From: a virus
Direction: 5' to 3' (one strand)
Length of the DNA: 64,000 nucleotides
IMG/VR virus record: IMGVR_UViG_3300025151_000019
Location: 1-64,000 of that record
Shown: positions 37,662-48,892 of the stretch, piece by piece
Numbering within the stretch: position 1 is the first letter of the stretch
Layout of the letters: the number at the start of each line of letters is the position of its first letter
Position numbers and translations under genes: made by a program
Notes under the pieces: model-generated
What the model saw: the letters and a program-made list of their open reading frames with translations, nothing else
What the model was told of the DNA's origin: nothing
Database searches by the model: none

Positions 37662-38963
37662 ATGACATTTAGCGTTTATAACAAGGACAACAAATGTTTA
37701 GTTTTTCCTACAATGTGTGATGCACATATTTTAATTGATTATTCAAAACATAATGGGGAAGTTAATACGGGTCTTTGGGCAACCGAAGGTTCATTTACTT
37801 GTCAGTTTGTAATTAAGCCATATGATGTAAATGGTTATGGTGATAATACTGCTGAGACTCAAGTTAATCTAACAGATAATGGTGGTGCTGGTAATAACTC
37901 AAATCGCAAAACTATGCCAGCAGTAGCAGATAGTGTTTCAGCACTTGCAGATAATCAAGACCAAAGATATTTACCTAATAACCAAAGGTATGACCACGCT
38001 ATGTGTTTATTCCATAATACAAACTTAAAAGTTTCTTTAGTAAATACAACTACTTATAACCAAAATAATCCTGCTGAATATAAAATTCAATTTAAACTAA
38101 CTGTAAATGGAACAGAAACTACTCTTGAATCACCTACTGTATTTACAAGTCGTAAGCATCATTATCATGATATGTCAAGTGTTGTTACAAATAATTCTGA
38201 ACAGGGTTCAGCAATTACATTATGGAATAACTATCACTTACAATTTTTATACAAGGGTTTTAAAATCATTGGAAGAGAAGCAGGACAAAAGAAATTTTAT
38301 CATAGTGGTGGGGGATATTATGAAGGATATACATTAAAAGTAACACCTGCTTCAACACCTACTTCTGCATATGACAGTTCAACAAGAGTAGTTAGTCTTA
38401 CATTTAATGACCCTATACCCACAGATGCACCTACACCTCAAAATGCTATTCCTGTTGGTTGTGAAATATTTAATGATAGGGGAGAGTCATTGGGAACAGT
38501 TGCTACTCATGTTCCTAAAGCGGGAGTTATTACACATCATTCTATTGTTATGAATGCATTACCCGCAGGTTCTACTGCACCAACATTAACAAACGGTTCT
38601 AAAGTTTATGTCCCTGTTCATCGTGAACCTATGTATATTCAAACATCAGCCCATGTTGCAGTAGGATATGAAGAGGCTACAAGACGAATGAGTATTTTTT
38701 ATAACGGTGTTGAGATTGCATCTGGAACTCACGGTGCAACAACAGGAAAGTTTTCATTGGATGAGAGTGATATTTATATTGGAAAGAATGCATCGTTAAG
38801 TTATCCCAATGATAGAAAAACACAATACATGGGAGAAATGAATTATATTGTATTTACAGATGAATACACAAATACATTTACATCTTTATTTAATCCAATT
38901 GCACCAAAAGAATCAATTAAACTATACTATGATTTTAATGAAGGGAGGAAATTAAATGGGTAG
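37662..38963 (+). CDS. Tail protein with split LamG/concanavalin-like domain
   Basis: HVAVGYE...MSIFYNGVEIA...IYIG...YMGEMNYI. Confidence 0.65.
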   Translation: MTFSVYNKDNKCLVFPTMCDAHILIDYSKHNGEVNTGLWATEGSFTCQFVIKPYDVNGYGDNTAETQVNLTDNGGAGNNSNRKTMPAVADSVSALADNQDQRYLPNNQRYDHAMCLFHNTNLKVSLVNTTTYNQNNPAEYKIQFKLTVNGTETTLESPTVFTSRKHHYHDMSSVVTNNSEQGSAITLWNNYHLQFLYKGFKIIGREAGQKKFYHSGGGYYEGYTLKVTPASTPTSAYDSSTRVVSLTFNDPIPTDAPTPQNAIPVGCEIFNDRGESLGTVATHVPKAGVITHHSIVMNALPAGSTAPTLTNGSKVYVPVHREPMYIQTSAHVAVGYEEATRRMSIFYNGVEIASGTHGATTGKFSLDESDIYIGKNASLSYPNDRKTQYMGEMNYIVFTDEYTNTFTSLFNPIAPKESIKLYYDFNEGRKLNG

Positions 38964-41900
38964 AGCAGTAACAAATGTTAATATTTCTCAAATTATTGCA
39001 TTAAATAAAGGAGTTCCTTTACTTAGTCCTATTGCTTGGCCTTACATTTCTCCTAATTATACAGAATTAATTTATAATGATAGTAGCACTATTAAGAGTG
39101 CATTTACTAATGTTAGTCTTAATCCCAGAATTATTACTGTTGGTAGCACAGAAATTCTTACCGCAGGAGTAAAAAGTATTAATTGTTATGAAATTCATAA
39201 CGCACCTACCGCTACTGTAAATAGTGATTCAGTTTTTGAAATTTCTAACATTGATGCGTTTAATGCTGATGGAGAAGTTGATACAATTTTAAACAGACTT
39301 TATCCCTATGACACAAATATTGAAAGTTATCTTACTGTTTCTGCATCATCAAGTGGTAATAGAATTAATTTGGAAGGGCAAGGTGCTTTATCTAATTTAA
39401 TTTCTTCAGGCTCTCTTGACACTACTTATGATTACTTTGTTTTAATTCATGCCGATGATGCAAAAAATCACCACCTTGCTAAAATTACAGAACTGCATAC
39501 CTATGAAACTTTTGGAGATGGTTTTGATTTTGCCCCTGCGTTTGTAGGTGATATTCCAAAAGATACAAAAATTAGTATTTACAAAGGTCCTGCTGCAAGT
39601 GATACACATATTGTAGCAGTAGGTTATGGATTGTTAGGAGATGCCGACGATTCTGATGGAAGACACGATACATATGTTGAAGTTAGCAGACCTACCTTTT
39701 ATTTTTACGAAGATAGATGTGATAAGGATAAACTTTCAGCAAACACTAAATATAGAATAATTAAAAATATGGCCTATGAAATTAGTTCTACTTTAAAATT
39801 AGATTTTGGTTTAAAATATACTGCTTCGCAATCTGATGTAGGGGCAACACCAGGAATTTCTGCTCATGGAACTACTGTTCACTTTTTAACCACTTCAGAC
39901 TATGGAGGATATATTATAGATAAAACGGGATATTCTCAATATGGTGAATTGGTAGATAGTTTAGCAGAAGCAGATAGAACAATTTCTGTTCTTGCTGACT
40001 CATCATACTCTAATGCTATTTCTAATAGAACTCCCGTTAGTAATTGGACTACCAATACATACAATAAAACAACTGCAATTCAATTAGGAAAATGGAGTGA
40101 TTCATTTATTAATTCAATGAGAGATACCCATAACACATCAACAGGTGTTAGTTCTAATACATATGATTCACCAGTTAAAAGAATTGTAACTTATGAAAAT
40201 TCTGATTTAAAAAATTATCATCTACCTCATATTCAGTATATTGATTTATTTGATTCTGTTGCCTCCATTGGTAATTTTATGGAAATGAAATTTCCAGATG
40301 CTAACAAAATTCTAAATTTTAAATTGAAAAATTTTGATAATGTTCTTGTGAAGAAAGAAATTAATTCTGAAGATTATAGCGGTGCTATGAATGTCCAATT
40401 GCCTGGAGTTGTTTCTTCAAGCACTACGGGCTGGTCATTAACTTTTACACAACTAAATGTTGGACAAGACTTTAGAGATATTTGGGGTAGTTCACTTGTA
40501 ACTACAGAAAATACAAATAAACTTAGAGTAGGAGATTTTATTTTTGCGGGAGATTTTACAAGTGCGCCCACTATTGGTGTTAATGGTTATGAACAAATTT
40601 TTGCTATTACACATTATAGAAATATAAGAACCGACTATACATGGACAGCCACTTCTTCAAATTGGAGTTTGGATGCTATTGAGGATGGTAATGCATTTGT
40701 ATATCCGTTTATGAACAAGGAAGGAGTAATTGTCGCAGGATTTGATATTGATACGGAATATGATGGTGCTAATATTAAAAGAAACGGTAATACAGTTTCT
40801 GGAGTTGATAACTTTATTGCAAATACAGAAGTTTTGGTTCGTGATAAAGAACTTACAGGTTTTACTTTTGATTTAAATTACGGAGATAAGAATTTAAATT
40901 ATGTAAAACCAAAGACTACCACTTATGATGGGTATCAAATAAGAACGAGAATCCGAGGAACCGCTTCAAGAAATACCGTTCCTAATATTCCTGAACTTTA
41001 TAGTTATATTAACGGGGATATTCTACATTTAGATAAAGTATTTGATGGCTACATTGAGTCAATTAAGAGCAATATTCAGGGTGGTATAGTTAGTTATGAT
41101 ATTTCAGGTAGAGATTATACCAACCGTTTGTTAGATTCGGTGGTCAATAAAAACTTTACACACACTAAAGACTACATTTTTACAACCGTTTCCCCTGAAG
41201 CAGACATGAATACTCAGTCGGGAACGGTATATATTCAGGACTTTGATATGGGTTCTACTACTATTGTTGTTTCTTCTAATAGCACCTCTACCACACCAAC
41301 CCTTGAATTTGGAGTAGGAGATGTTATTTATTGCACACTTAAAGCGCAGACTAAACTATTGGGTATTGTAAGTGCTACTGCTATTAAAACAGGTGGTAGT
41401 GGAGGTTTTACATTAGGAACATATTGGAATGGAAGCGCACATGTAGCATTTACTTCAAATGCAAAGGCTATTGAAATTACACTAACTGAACCTACCCTTT
41501 ATTCATCTTACAATAAAGATTATGGTGCTGTTAATCTCAAGTATTCTAAAAAGGCTACATCATTAGGAAAAGCATTATCAGCAAACACGAGTGATTCTAT
41601 ATTTCCTACAACTTTAACTGGGTGTTCTAATAAAGGTATTATTTATAGAAGTGGAGAAAAAATTAGTATTACAACAGGAGCATATGATTCTGATTTAGTA
41701 GAAGCATCAGCAAATGAAAGTAAATTTTCAATTGGTTATCCTATTTCAAATATTTCTGGAAGTAAATCTAATACTAATTTTGCAGATTACAGATTTAGTA
41801 TTTCTTCTGATAAGGCTGAAACTAATATTACACAAAATGATACCATAAGTAGTTCTACTGAATTTGCTGTTGTTGGAAGACAAGTATCAGAAAATGAATC

Positions 41901-44900
41901 AATTTTAAGTCTTGCACCTATTTTTCCAGTAGTATTAGCAAAAACATCTTCTAATACATCAGACACAAGAATTAGTAATGGTAATGGTTTATACTTTGTA
42001 AATACGCAAGGGTTATCTAACGGAGGATTTTTACATTTATTAGATAGTGAAACAAGTTCAGTAGGAGCAAGTATTACATTTAGAAGTCCTGGCTACAAGG
42101 ATTTTTCATCGGGTGTAGATTCTATTGATTATAGACTTGAAGATAACTTTGGTGCTTTTATTTGGAGATATTCAGGTCTTCAAACAGCAGACTTATTTTG
42201 GGATTCAGAATATCTTGACAAAGTATGGGATATGAAAAAGGATGATATTTTTACTCCTACTAATAGAGTAGTAGATACTGGATGGTTTCAAAATTTAATG
42301 TATGGAGAAAAAAGTCCTGTGAAGGGTTATGCTATTGCACAGAGAATTAACTATGACGGCGTTGGGGTTGATTTCGGAACAGAAACTAATTTTACTAATC
42401 ATTATCAAAAGTTAGGTTCTCCTGAAAGTAGAGATGGTTTTTATCCTATTATTGGCTCAAGATTTTGGGACATAGATAAAATGTCAGATACATTAGCAAG
42501 TGTTCATTATGTTAAAACAAAGGCAGTTGTTCAAACCTTTGAAGATAGAAATAATAGTCTTAGAAGTTATTATCCTCAAATTTCAAGAAGAGGAGGAAAA
42601 CCTGCTGCTGATTTTAGTAGTTGGTCTTTAACTAAATCAAGACAATCATTTGAATCTTTTGATAGAAATACTGAAAATTTTTATTTATTTTCTACTGGGG
42701 ACATTTATCCAGATAGTTATAAAAGAACAAATAGTATCGGATATGCAAATAGAAATTTACAAAAATATTCAGTTGTTTTAAAATCACAAGGTTCGGATTC
42801 ATTAACAACTACTAATCACGAAAATTATAAAGGTTCAACACCTTCTAATTTAGTTTCAGATGCTTCTTTTGAAATTTTACCTATACAATCTTCAAATGTA
42901 AATACTTCAGAATTAAGAAGATTTGGTTTAGTAAGACTAATTGAAGCAACTTATGATTGGCATTTCAATGAAGTAGATTATGAAAATTTACCAACTGAAG
43001 TAAAAACAGAATTGAGCGAGTATTCAGTTGTTGCACCTGCTGGTAGTATTATTGAACATGAACCAGAATTGCAAGATTTAACTGCTGGTTCTGCTTATGG
43101 AGAACCTTCAGTTACTGGATTTGGTATTGAATTTATTTCTTCTTCTACTACTTATCCTGTTGATACTAACCCACCGTCAGGTGCTGAAGGCTATGCATTT
43201 TATCAAGTAGATAGAGCACCAAAAGCAGGTGCTTCTAAAAATATTTATAGCGGATATTTATACACGGACTTTATTAATTTTAATACAGGTTCAACTAATA
43301 AATTTGGAGAATATGATGTTGAAGAATTAGGTAGAGTCCTTGATAAAAACCCACATAATAATTCTGATGATGCGGCATGGGTTAGTCTTACAGGAGTTAT
43401 TACTGCTTCAGATTTAGTAGGTAGGATTACTTCTGGTGGAACAGATGGAGGCAGAACAGGAAATACTTATAACAATGTTGGGGTAAGCAGTTCATCTGGT
43501 TCTAATTTAAAATTAACAGTAGTAGTTAATGGTAGTGGAACAGTTACTGCAATTACTCCTTATGAATATGCAAGCGCACGAATTACAGGAGTTACTGTAA
43601 AACATAGAGGTTCAGGATATACGACAAGTAATACCTTAACAATAGCAGGTAGTAGTATCGGTGGCGGTGCAGATGTAGTTATTACTTTAGATGCGGCAGA
43701 TATTTCTACCGAGCATAGAATTTATGTTAGGGGAGATGTGGCTGGTCAAGACATTTATGAGACTAATATTGGTTCTACATCTACTCTTGGAAGAAGTTAT
43801 ACTGGATTTTTAAAATATAATGATATTGCTAATGTAAAGGCAGGTGACAGTCCAGCACTTAAAATTAATGATGGTTCATTTAAAAATGCATTATCTAATA
43901 GCGCAAGTGGGGATGGGCCGAGACTAATGAATTTAGGTTTTATTATTGGTGCAACTGGAGATAATAATCCAGGCAGTAACGGTGATTTAGCATACTTGGG
44001 TAAAGATGAATTATCGCCTACTACTGTTCATAATGCTGGTGTAAAACAAACTGGTTATGATTTAATTTTACCCATTTACTTTTCGGCAGGAGGAAGTAGG
44101 ACAAATAAACATGATAAATTTTTAAAGGACATACCTTCTAATCATGGAAATGGTGGAAGGTTATCTACTAAATCATATGATAATAACTTTGAACTTTCAA
44201 GAGTTATAAATGAACTTGCTCAATGGGATGAAGATACTATCATTAGTTATACTGCTAATGCTACTATAAATCCTCTTGGTATTGGTGCAAGTCAATTATA
44301 TACTGATACAATTGGTATTATTAAAAATTTAAAAATGGATAATCATACTAAAATAGAATATACTGAGGGTCGTAATCGTTATCAAGTTGAATTATCTAAT
44401 TATGATGGTGCTACTATTCCTAACTTACACATTTCTTATCTTGAAGGTGATGGAGCAAATAAATACTTTAGTATCAAATATGCTTTTGATTTTACAAACG
44501 CTACATCTTGGAAGAATGAAACAAAAGGACATACAGGTAGCGGTATGCCTTCAACTGTGGGTAGTTTAGGTTTATTTGATGCTAATAGACATGGGTTTGC
44601 CTCAAATACCGATAACATGGTGGGTGCTGAATTTTACTTTAAAATGGTATTAAATACAGGTGCTTCAAATATTACTGTATTTGATACAGACAGTATTACT
44701 CAGACTACTAATATTCCATCTTCTACAAGTTTAAAAAGTAATACACAAATTCAAGGTAGAGCAATTATTAGAATTACTACCCCTGATTTAACTAATCATG
44801 CAAACAACGGTAAAAATGCTGCAACTCCAACAAATAACGGTCCCTTTAATAAAAACAATTTGTGGATTAATTTTGTAAATGATTTAACAGGATATTATTT

Positions 44901-46503
44901 AGCCTCAGAACCGACAGATAGAAAAGTTAATAATACAACTCCATCTAATATTCATCAAATTATTAACCATACTATTAATACTACGGGTGCAACAGTTACT
45001 CATTATTTAGAAATAGATAATGTTACTTATAGCGGAACGGCACAGTTATCTACATATTATAGACTAATGAGAATTGCTAAAGATTGCACTTTCCAATTTA
45101 CTCCGAACAATATAGAACTTTTAAATTTAAATAAAAAATATACTAAGAACCCTAATAAAAGAGAATGTTATACAGTAGTAGGTAAGCATAACAATTCTCC
45201 TATTAATGGTGGTATTGAAGCAGAAGATGATGTTACTAATGAAGCAGTTTTATCCATGTATGCATTATTAGATGTAGATGGAACTGGAGATGTAAATAAA
45301 AGACAATATGTTTTAAGAAGAACATTAGGTTCTATGATTACTACTGATGGTAGTGATGGAACAATTACAGCAGAAACATCTAAAAATATGCTAATTACTG
45401 ACGGTATTAATGATGAACGATTATCTGTATCTTTTAATATTCTTAATAACAAGCGTTTTATTAACCTATCTGAAATGTATAACATGAAAGGTGTGGTATC
45501 TTTTGGTGAAATTTTTGATGTTTCTTTATTTAATTCTCCTGTAAGTCTATCTGCTAAAAGATGCAATATTGCTTCAGCAGTAGATGTAGTAGAAGAAGTA
45601 GATGAAATTGTAAATGAAATTCTTGAAGAAAATGATGTGCAGTTTGAAACAAACTATGACACCACAAGTGACATGTATTTTATCGGACCTAATTTTTCAG
45701 GCGCAAACGGCTTCCATGCAATTAACAATTTGTTAGGTTTAAAAAATAAACGATTGTTAGTAAATGGAGAAAGGATAGAAGGAAGAGATTTACTTTCTGA
45801 TAACCTATATACCAATCTTACATTTTCTGAAAACGATGAAAGTGAGGGTGTTGTTAATCTTAGAATTGATACATCATCATATGACTTCTACAATGAAGTT
45901 ATTGTGTATGGAGATAATGCAAGGGGAGTAGCAAGGAATAACAGGTCAATTCGTGACTTAGGAAGAAAGATTACTTTAGAAATTACAGACCTTAGCCTAC
46001 AAACTTCTAAGGCGGCTCAAGACAAAGCGAACAAAGAATTAGAGGTTGTTGAAATCCTTTCAAGTCAAGTGTCCTTCAATGTGTCTAAGTCCCGAATCCC
46101 TTACCTTAGAGCAGGGCAGGTTATCACATTGGACTATCCCTCACTTGATGTTCAAACGGGCTTCTATCAAGTCCTTGAGATTGAGGACAACTTTGGACAA
46201 CTTCCCCGCATTACGGTGGGTAAATACACGCAAAGTCTCGCAAGTCGCTTTGCTGACCTGTCTCTTAAGACGAGAGAGATTCAGGGAGTCCAAAGAGGCA
46301 ATCGTTTCCAAGAAGGAAACACGATTGTTCAAGAAGCAATTATTCCAGAAATCAAACCTTTGAACTTGAAGGTTATTAAAACAGGAACAGCAGGGTCGCT
46401 ATTAGGATTTACAAATACCTTAGGCTTTAGTTCGGAATTAGGATTTGAAACATCAAGTTCATTAACAGAAGAAGTAATTCTTAACGAAGATTTAACGGAG
46501 TGA
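38956..46503 (+). CDS. Giant tail-tip/hub protein (2515 aa)
   Basis: Hub-like segments (VFDGYIESI...ISGRDY; NEVIVYG...SIRDLG...LRAGQVITL) separated by large beta-rich inserts. Confidence 0.75.
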   Translation: MGRAVTNVNISQIIALNKGVPLLSPIAWPYISPNYTELIYNDSSTIKSAFTNVSLNPRIITVGSTEILTAGVKSINCYEIHNAPTATVNSDSVFEISNIDAFNADGEVDTILNRLYPYDTNIESYLTVSASSSGNRINLEGQGALSNLISSGSLDTTYDYFVLIHADDAKNHHLAKITELHTYETFGDGFDFAPAFVGDIPKDTKISIYKGPAASDTHIVAVGYGLLGDADDSDGRHDTYVEVSRPTFYFYEDRCDKDKLSANTKYRIIKNMAYEISSTLKLDFGLKYTASQSDVGATPGISAHGTTVHFLTTSDYGGYIIDKTGYSQYGELVDSLAEADRTISVLADSSYSNAISNRTPVSNWTTNTYNKTTAIQLGKWSDSFINSMRDTHNTSTGVSSNTYDSPVKRIVTYENSDLKNYHLPHIQYIDLFDSVASIGNFMEMKFPDANKILNFKLKNFDNVLVKKEINSEDYSGAMNVQLPGVVSSSTTGWSLTFTQLNVGQDFRDIWGSSLVTTENTNKLRVGDFIFAGDFTSAPTIGVNGYEQIFAITHYRNIRTDYTWTATSSNWSLDAIEDGNAFVYPFMNKEGVIVAGFDIDTEYDGANIKRNGNTVSGVDNFIANTEVLVRDKELTGFTFDLNYGDKNLNYVKPKTTTYDGYQIRTRIRGTASRNTVPNIPELYSYINGDILHLDKVFDGYIESIKSNIQGGIVSYDISGRDYTNRLLDSVVNKNFTHTKDYIFTTVSPEADMNTQSGTVYIQDFDMGSTTIVVSSNSTSTTPTLEFGVGDVIYCTLKAQTKLLGIVSATAIKTGGSGGFTLGTYWNGSAHVAFTSNAKAIEITLTEPTLYSSYNKDYGAVNLKYSKKATSLGKALSANTSDSIFPTTLTGCSNKGIIYRSGEKISITTGAYDSDLVEASANESKFSIGYPISNISGSKSNTNFADYRFSISSDKAETNITQNDTISSSTEFAVVGRQVSENESILSLAPIFPVVLAKTSSNTSDTRISNGNGLYFVNTQGLSNGGFLHLLDSETSSVGASITFRSPGYKDFSSGVDSIDYRLEDNFGAFIWRYSGLQTADLFWDSEYLDKVWDMKKDDIFTPTNRVVDTGWFQNLMYGEKSPVKGYAIAQRINYDGVGVDFGTETNFTNHYQKLGSPESRDGFYPIIGSRFWDIDKMSDTLASVHYVKTKAVVQTFEDRNNSLRSYYPQISRRGGKPAADFSSWSLTKSRQSFESFDRNTENFYLFSTGDIYPDSYKRTNSIGYANRNLQKYSVVLKSQGSDSLTTTNHENYKGSTPSNLVSDASFEILPIQSSNVNTSELRRFGLVRLIEATYDWHFNEVDYENLPTEVKTELSEYSVVAPAGSIIEHEPELQDLTAGSAYGEPSVTGFGIEFISSSTTYPVDTNPPSGAEGYAFYQVDRAPKAGASKNIYSGYLYTDFINFNTGSTNKFGEYDVEELGRVLDKNPHNNSDDAAWVSLTGVITASDLVGRITSGGTDGGRTGNTYNNVGVSSSSGSNLKLTVVVNGSGTVTAITPYEYASARITGVTVKHRGSGYTTSNTLTIAGSSIGGGADVVITLDAADISTEHRIYVRGDVAGQDIYETNIGSTSTLGRSYTGFLKYNDIANVKAGDSPALKINDGSFKNALSNSASGDGPRLMNLGFIIGATGDNNPGSNGDLAYLGKDELSPTTVHNAGVKQTGYDLILPIYFSAGGSRTNKHDKFLKDIPSNHGNGGRLSTKSYDNNFELSRVINELAQWDEDTIISYTANATINPLGIGASQLYTDTIGIIKNLKMDNHTKIEYTEGRNRYQVELSNYDGATIPNLHISYLEGDGANKYFSIKYAFDFTNATSWKNETKGHTGSGMPSTVGSLGLFDANRHGFASNTDNMVGAEFYFKMVLNTGASNITVFDTDSITQTTNIPSSTSLKSNTQIQGRAIIRITTPDLTNHANNGKNAATPTNNGPFNKNNLWINFVNDLTGYYLASEPTDRKVNNTTPSNIHQIINHTINTTGATVTHYLEIDNVTYSGTAQLSTYYRLMRIAKDCTFQFTPNNIELLNLNKKYTKNPNKRECYTVVGKHNNSPINGGIEAEDDVTNEAVLSMYALLDVDGTGDVNKRQYVLRRTLGSMITTDGSDGTITAETSKNMLITDGINDERLSVSFNILNNKRFINLSEMYNMKGVVSFGEIFDVSLFNSPVSLSAKRCNIASAVDVVEEVDEIVNEILEENDVQFETNYDTTSDMYFIGPNFSGANGFHAINNLLGLKNKRLLVNGERIEGRDLLSDNLYTNLTFSENDESEGVVNLRIDTSSYDFYNEVIVYGDNARGVARNNRSIRDLGRKITLEITDLSLQTSKAAQDKANKELEVVEILSSQVSFNVSKSRIPYLRAGQVITLDYPSLDVQTGFYQVLEIEDNFGQLPRITVGKYTQSLASRFADLSLKTREIQGVQRGNRFQEGNTIVQEAIIPEIKPLNLKVIKTGTAGSLLGFTNTLGFSSELGFETSSSLTEEVILNEDLTE

Positions 46504-46507
46504 TAAA

Positions 46508-46843
46508 ATGATAACAGAAACAGGAAAAGCAAAAATTAGAGATTTAGTCTCTACAACATATACGACGATGAAGATTGGTAATGGCGGAGATTCAACAAAC
46601 CCGTTAGCAACAGACTTGGATTTACCCGTAGCGTCAGCAACATTAAGTGCAGTAACTACTACGCAAAGTGGATTAGATTTTAAGGCCACCTTTACAGGCT
46701 CAGATATTTCAGGGCAAACTATTAAGGAGGTCGGGGTATTTGATGGAAGTGGGAATATGTTTGCAAGGGTGGCTATTAGAGGGGTCGGCCCATTTACATC
46801 AAGTGATTCGGTAGAATTTATTTTATCAGTAGAGGTGGTATGA
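46508..46843 (+). CDS. Small baseplate/fibre-attachment protein
   Basis: MITETGK...IKEVGVFD..GNMFAR pattern. Confidence 0.65.
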   Translation: MITETGKAKIRDLVSTTYTTMKIGNGGDSTNPLATDLDLPVASATLSAVTTTQSGLDFKATFTGSDISGQTIKEVGVFDGSGNMFARVAIRGVGPFTSSDSVEFILSVEVV

Positions 46844-48033
46844 TGGTATCAAACGAAGGAATTATTACAACATTTGGAACAACAGGAACATTAGGAAATT
46901 TAGACGACACAGTAGATAAAATGCATAGTGGACTAATTAAGACATTATGGAATACTGCAACAGGTTCAAGAGTAGTTAGTAGTGGAACATTAACACAATC
47001 AAGTGGTGTTTTCACATTAGCAACTCCTGTTATTTATCGTTCTCAAGGAACTAAGATTACTTTAGGAACTACTGCTTCTCATGGACAAGCCACAGTTACT
47101 GCTAATTCTACATCTAATGATAGATATGATTTATTGTATATTGACCAAAGCGGTAATAGTGGAACAGGACAACTTAGTATTGCTGTTGGAACATTTAATG
47201 TTAATAGTCCAAAGGTTGCAGATTTAGCAAAGGAGGATGTTCCTATTGCTATAATTAAAGTGGCGGCTGGTGCGGCTGCATCTGCTACGCATAGTTTCCA
47301 ACTTCTAATGTCTACTTTTAATAAAGATGTATTAGATGATGATGAAGTTACTTACGCTAAAATTCAAAATGTATCAGCAACAAATCGCATTCTTGGAAGA
47401 GATTCTTCTGGTGCAGGTGTTATTGAGGAAATTACCCCTGCTAATTTAAGGACTATGATTAATGTAGAAGACGGAGCAGATGTTACTGATGCTACAAATG
47501 TAAATGCCGCAGGTGCAATTATGCATTCGGATATTCCTGATAGCGATACGGGATTTGTTAAAAGAACTGGTTCAGAAACTTATGATATTGATACCAGCAC
47601 ATATTTAACTACTGAATCAGATACATTAACCACAGTTACTGGAAGAGGCAATACAACTACAAATAGCATATCAGTAGGGACTATTACTTCAACTGCTAAT
47701 GAAAATATTTCTTTAGAATTGGTTGGGGCGGCTGGTCTCGCTGCTATTTCTGGAACAAAAACAGTTATTTATACACATACACTTACAGGAAATACTACAG
47801 TATTACCACCAACTCCCTCAGGAACTATACTTTATGTTAAAAATATTGACCCTGCCGCACCGATAACCCTCACTATTGTTGGACTTGTAATTGATAATGG
47901 TGTTCATCCAGGGCATCCTAAACTTACAGCAGCAAATGTTATTACATTAGCACCTCAAGAACATGTGACTTTACAATCTGTTGTTGATACTGGTGGAGTA
48001 ATAAATGCAGGATATATGATTATTAGTGATTGA
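46840..48033 (+). CDS. Tail fibre-like protein
   Basis: RYDLLYI, VPIAIIKV and VTYAKIQNV...EDGADVTD fibre-type segments. Confidence 0.65.
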   Translation: MMVSNEGIITTFGTTGTLGNLDDTVDKMHSGLIKTLWNTATGSRVVSSGTLTQSSGVFTLATPVIYRSQGTKITLGTTASHGQATVTANSTSNDRYDLLYIDQSGNSGTGQLSIAVGTFNVNSPKVADLAKEDVPIAIIKVAAGAAASATHSFQLLMSTFNKDVLDDDEVTYAKIQNVSATNRILGRDSSGAGVIEEITPANLRTMINVEDGADVTDATNVNAAGAIMHSDIPDSDTGFVKRTGSETYDIDTSTYLTTESDTLTTVTGRGNTTTNSISVGTITSTANENISLELVGAAGLAAISGTKTVIYTHTLTGNTTVLPPTPSGTILYVKNIDPAAPITLTIVGLVIDNGVHPGHPKLTAANVITLAPQEHVTLQSVVDTGGVINAGYMIISD

Positions 48034-48034
48034 T

Positions 48035-48217
48035 ATGCACGAGGTTTGTTTGGAAGACTTCTGTGTTTCAGTATATGTATTAGGATTACTAATTATATTA
48101 GAATTAGCAATCTATACGGCAATAGGTTTAGGTGTATACAAATTATACCATAAGATAAAATCCAAATTAGAATATAAAGTGCCTCTAAATAAAAAACGCA
48201 AAAAATCAAAAAATTGA
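48035..48217 (+). CDS. Small single-TM protein with basic tail (holin-like candidate)
   Basis: Hydrophobic stretch followed by a K/R-rich C-terminus; last gene of the late module. Confidence 0.55.
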   Translation: MHEVCLEDFCVSVYVLGLLIILELAIYTAIGLGVYKLYHKIKSKLEYKVPLNKKRKKSKN

Positions 48218-48235
48218 AAAATAGGCGTGAAAAAA

Positions 48236-48275
48236 GGGAGCAGGGACAAAAATCCCCACTCCCAGTTTTCTTTAT
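48236..48275. terminator. Putative bidirectional terminator between convergent modules
   Basis: GGGAG-CAGGGA...TCCCC-ACTCCC hairpin flanked by an A-run and a T-run. Confidence 0.6.
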
Positions 48276-48286
48276 TTTATGGGTCT

Positions 48287-48892
48287 TTACCACTCAACAT
48301 TAAGTTCTTCAAACTTATTTTCTACTTCATCAAAGTATTTTACAATACCATTTTCCTTACCATGCATCCACAAATCATAAGTTAATTGTGAATCCTTTAA
48401 ACAATAGTCTGCAACACTTGAATACAAACCTTCATTCCATTTAAATACGGAATCAATACTACTCATATTTTTCTGGTCAGAAATTGTATTCTTAACCAGA
48501 TTATCCAAATGAATTCTTTTACCGTGGTTTTTTAATAGATACGCTGAGGTATCAATACAACGAGATTCTTTATCCTCAAGATATTTTCTAACGATATAAA
48601 TATCCATAGCGTCCCTAAGGACAGGCAAATCAAAAGCATTAATGTTATGCCCTAATAGAATTCCACCCTTTTGGAAGTGTTCATCTAAATCAAATTTTAA
48701 TTGTCTAAGAGGTTTAATTTCTACACTTTCTTCCTTTTTCAAGTCGCCAATTTCCTCATCAATATAAATTACACCTTTATTCCCATCCCATGTAGTTACA
48801 CAGGCAACTTTGAATAGATGGGTATTATCCCACCCACCAATATCATAACTCAAGTTTTTAGTTTCAATATCAAACGATAATACATTACTCAT
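48287..48892 (-). CDS. DEDD/RNase H-like 3'-5' exonuclease
   Basis: FDIET, GHNINAFDL, DYCLKD. Confidence 0.85.
   Translation of the reverse strand: MSNVLSFDIETKNLSYDIGGWDNTHLFKVACVTTWDGNKGVIYIDEEIGDLKKEESVEIKPLRQLKFDLDEHFQKGGILLGHNINAFDLPVLRDAMDIYIVRKYLEDKESRCIDTSAYLLKNHGKRIHLDNLVKNTISDQKNMSSIDSVFKWNEGLYSSVADYCLKDSQLTYDLWMHGKENGIVKYFDEVENKFEELNVEW

Noticed and set aside
38956-48033. Diversity-generating retroelement or invertible fibre cassette
   Set aside because: No reverse transcriptase, recombinase or template/variable repeat pair seen
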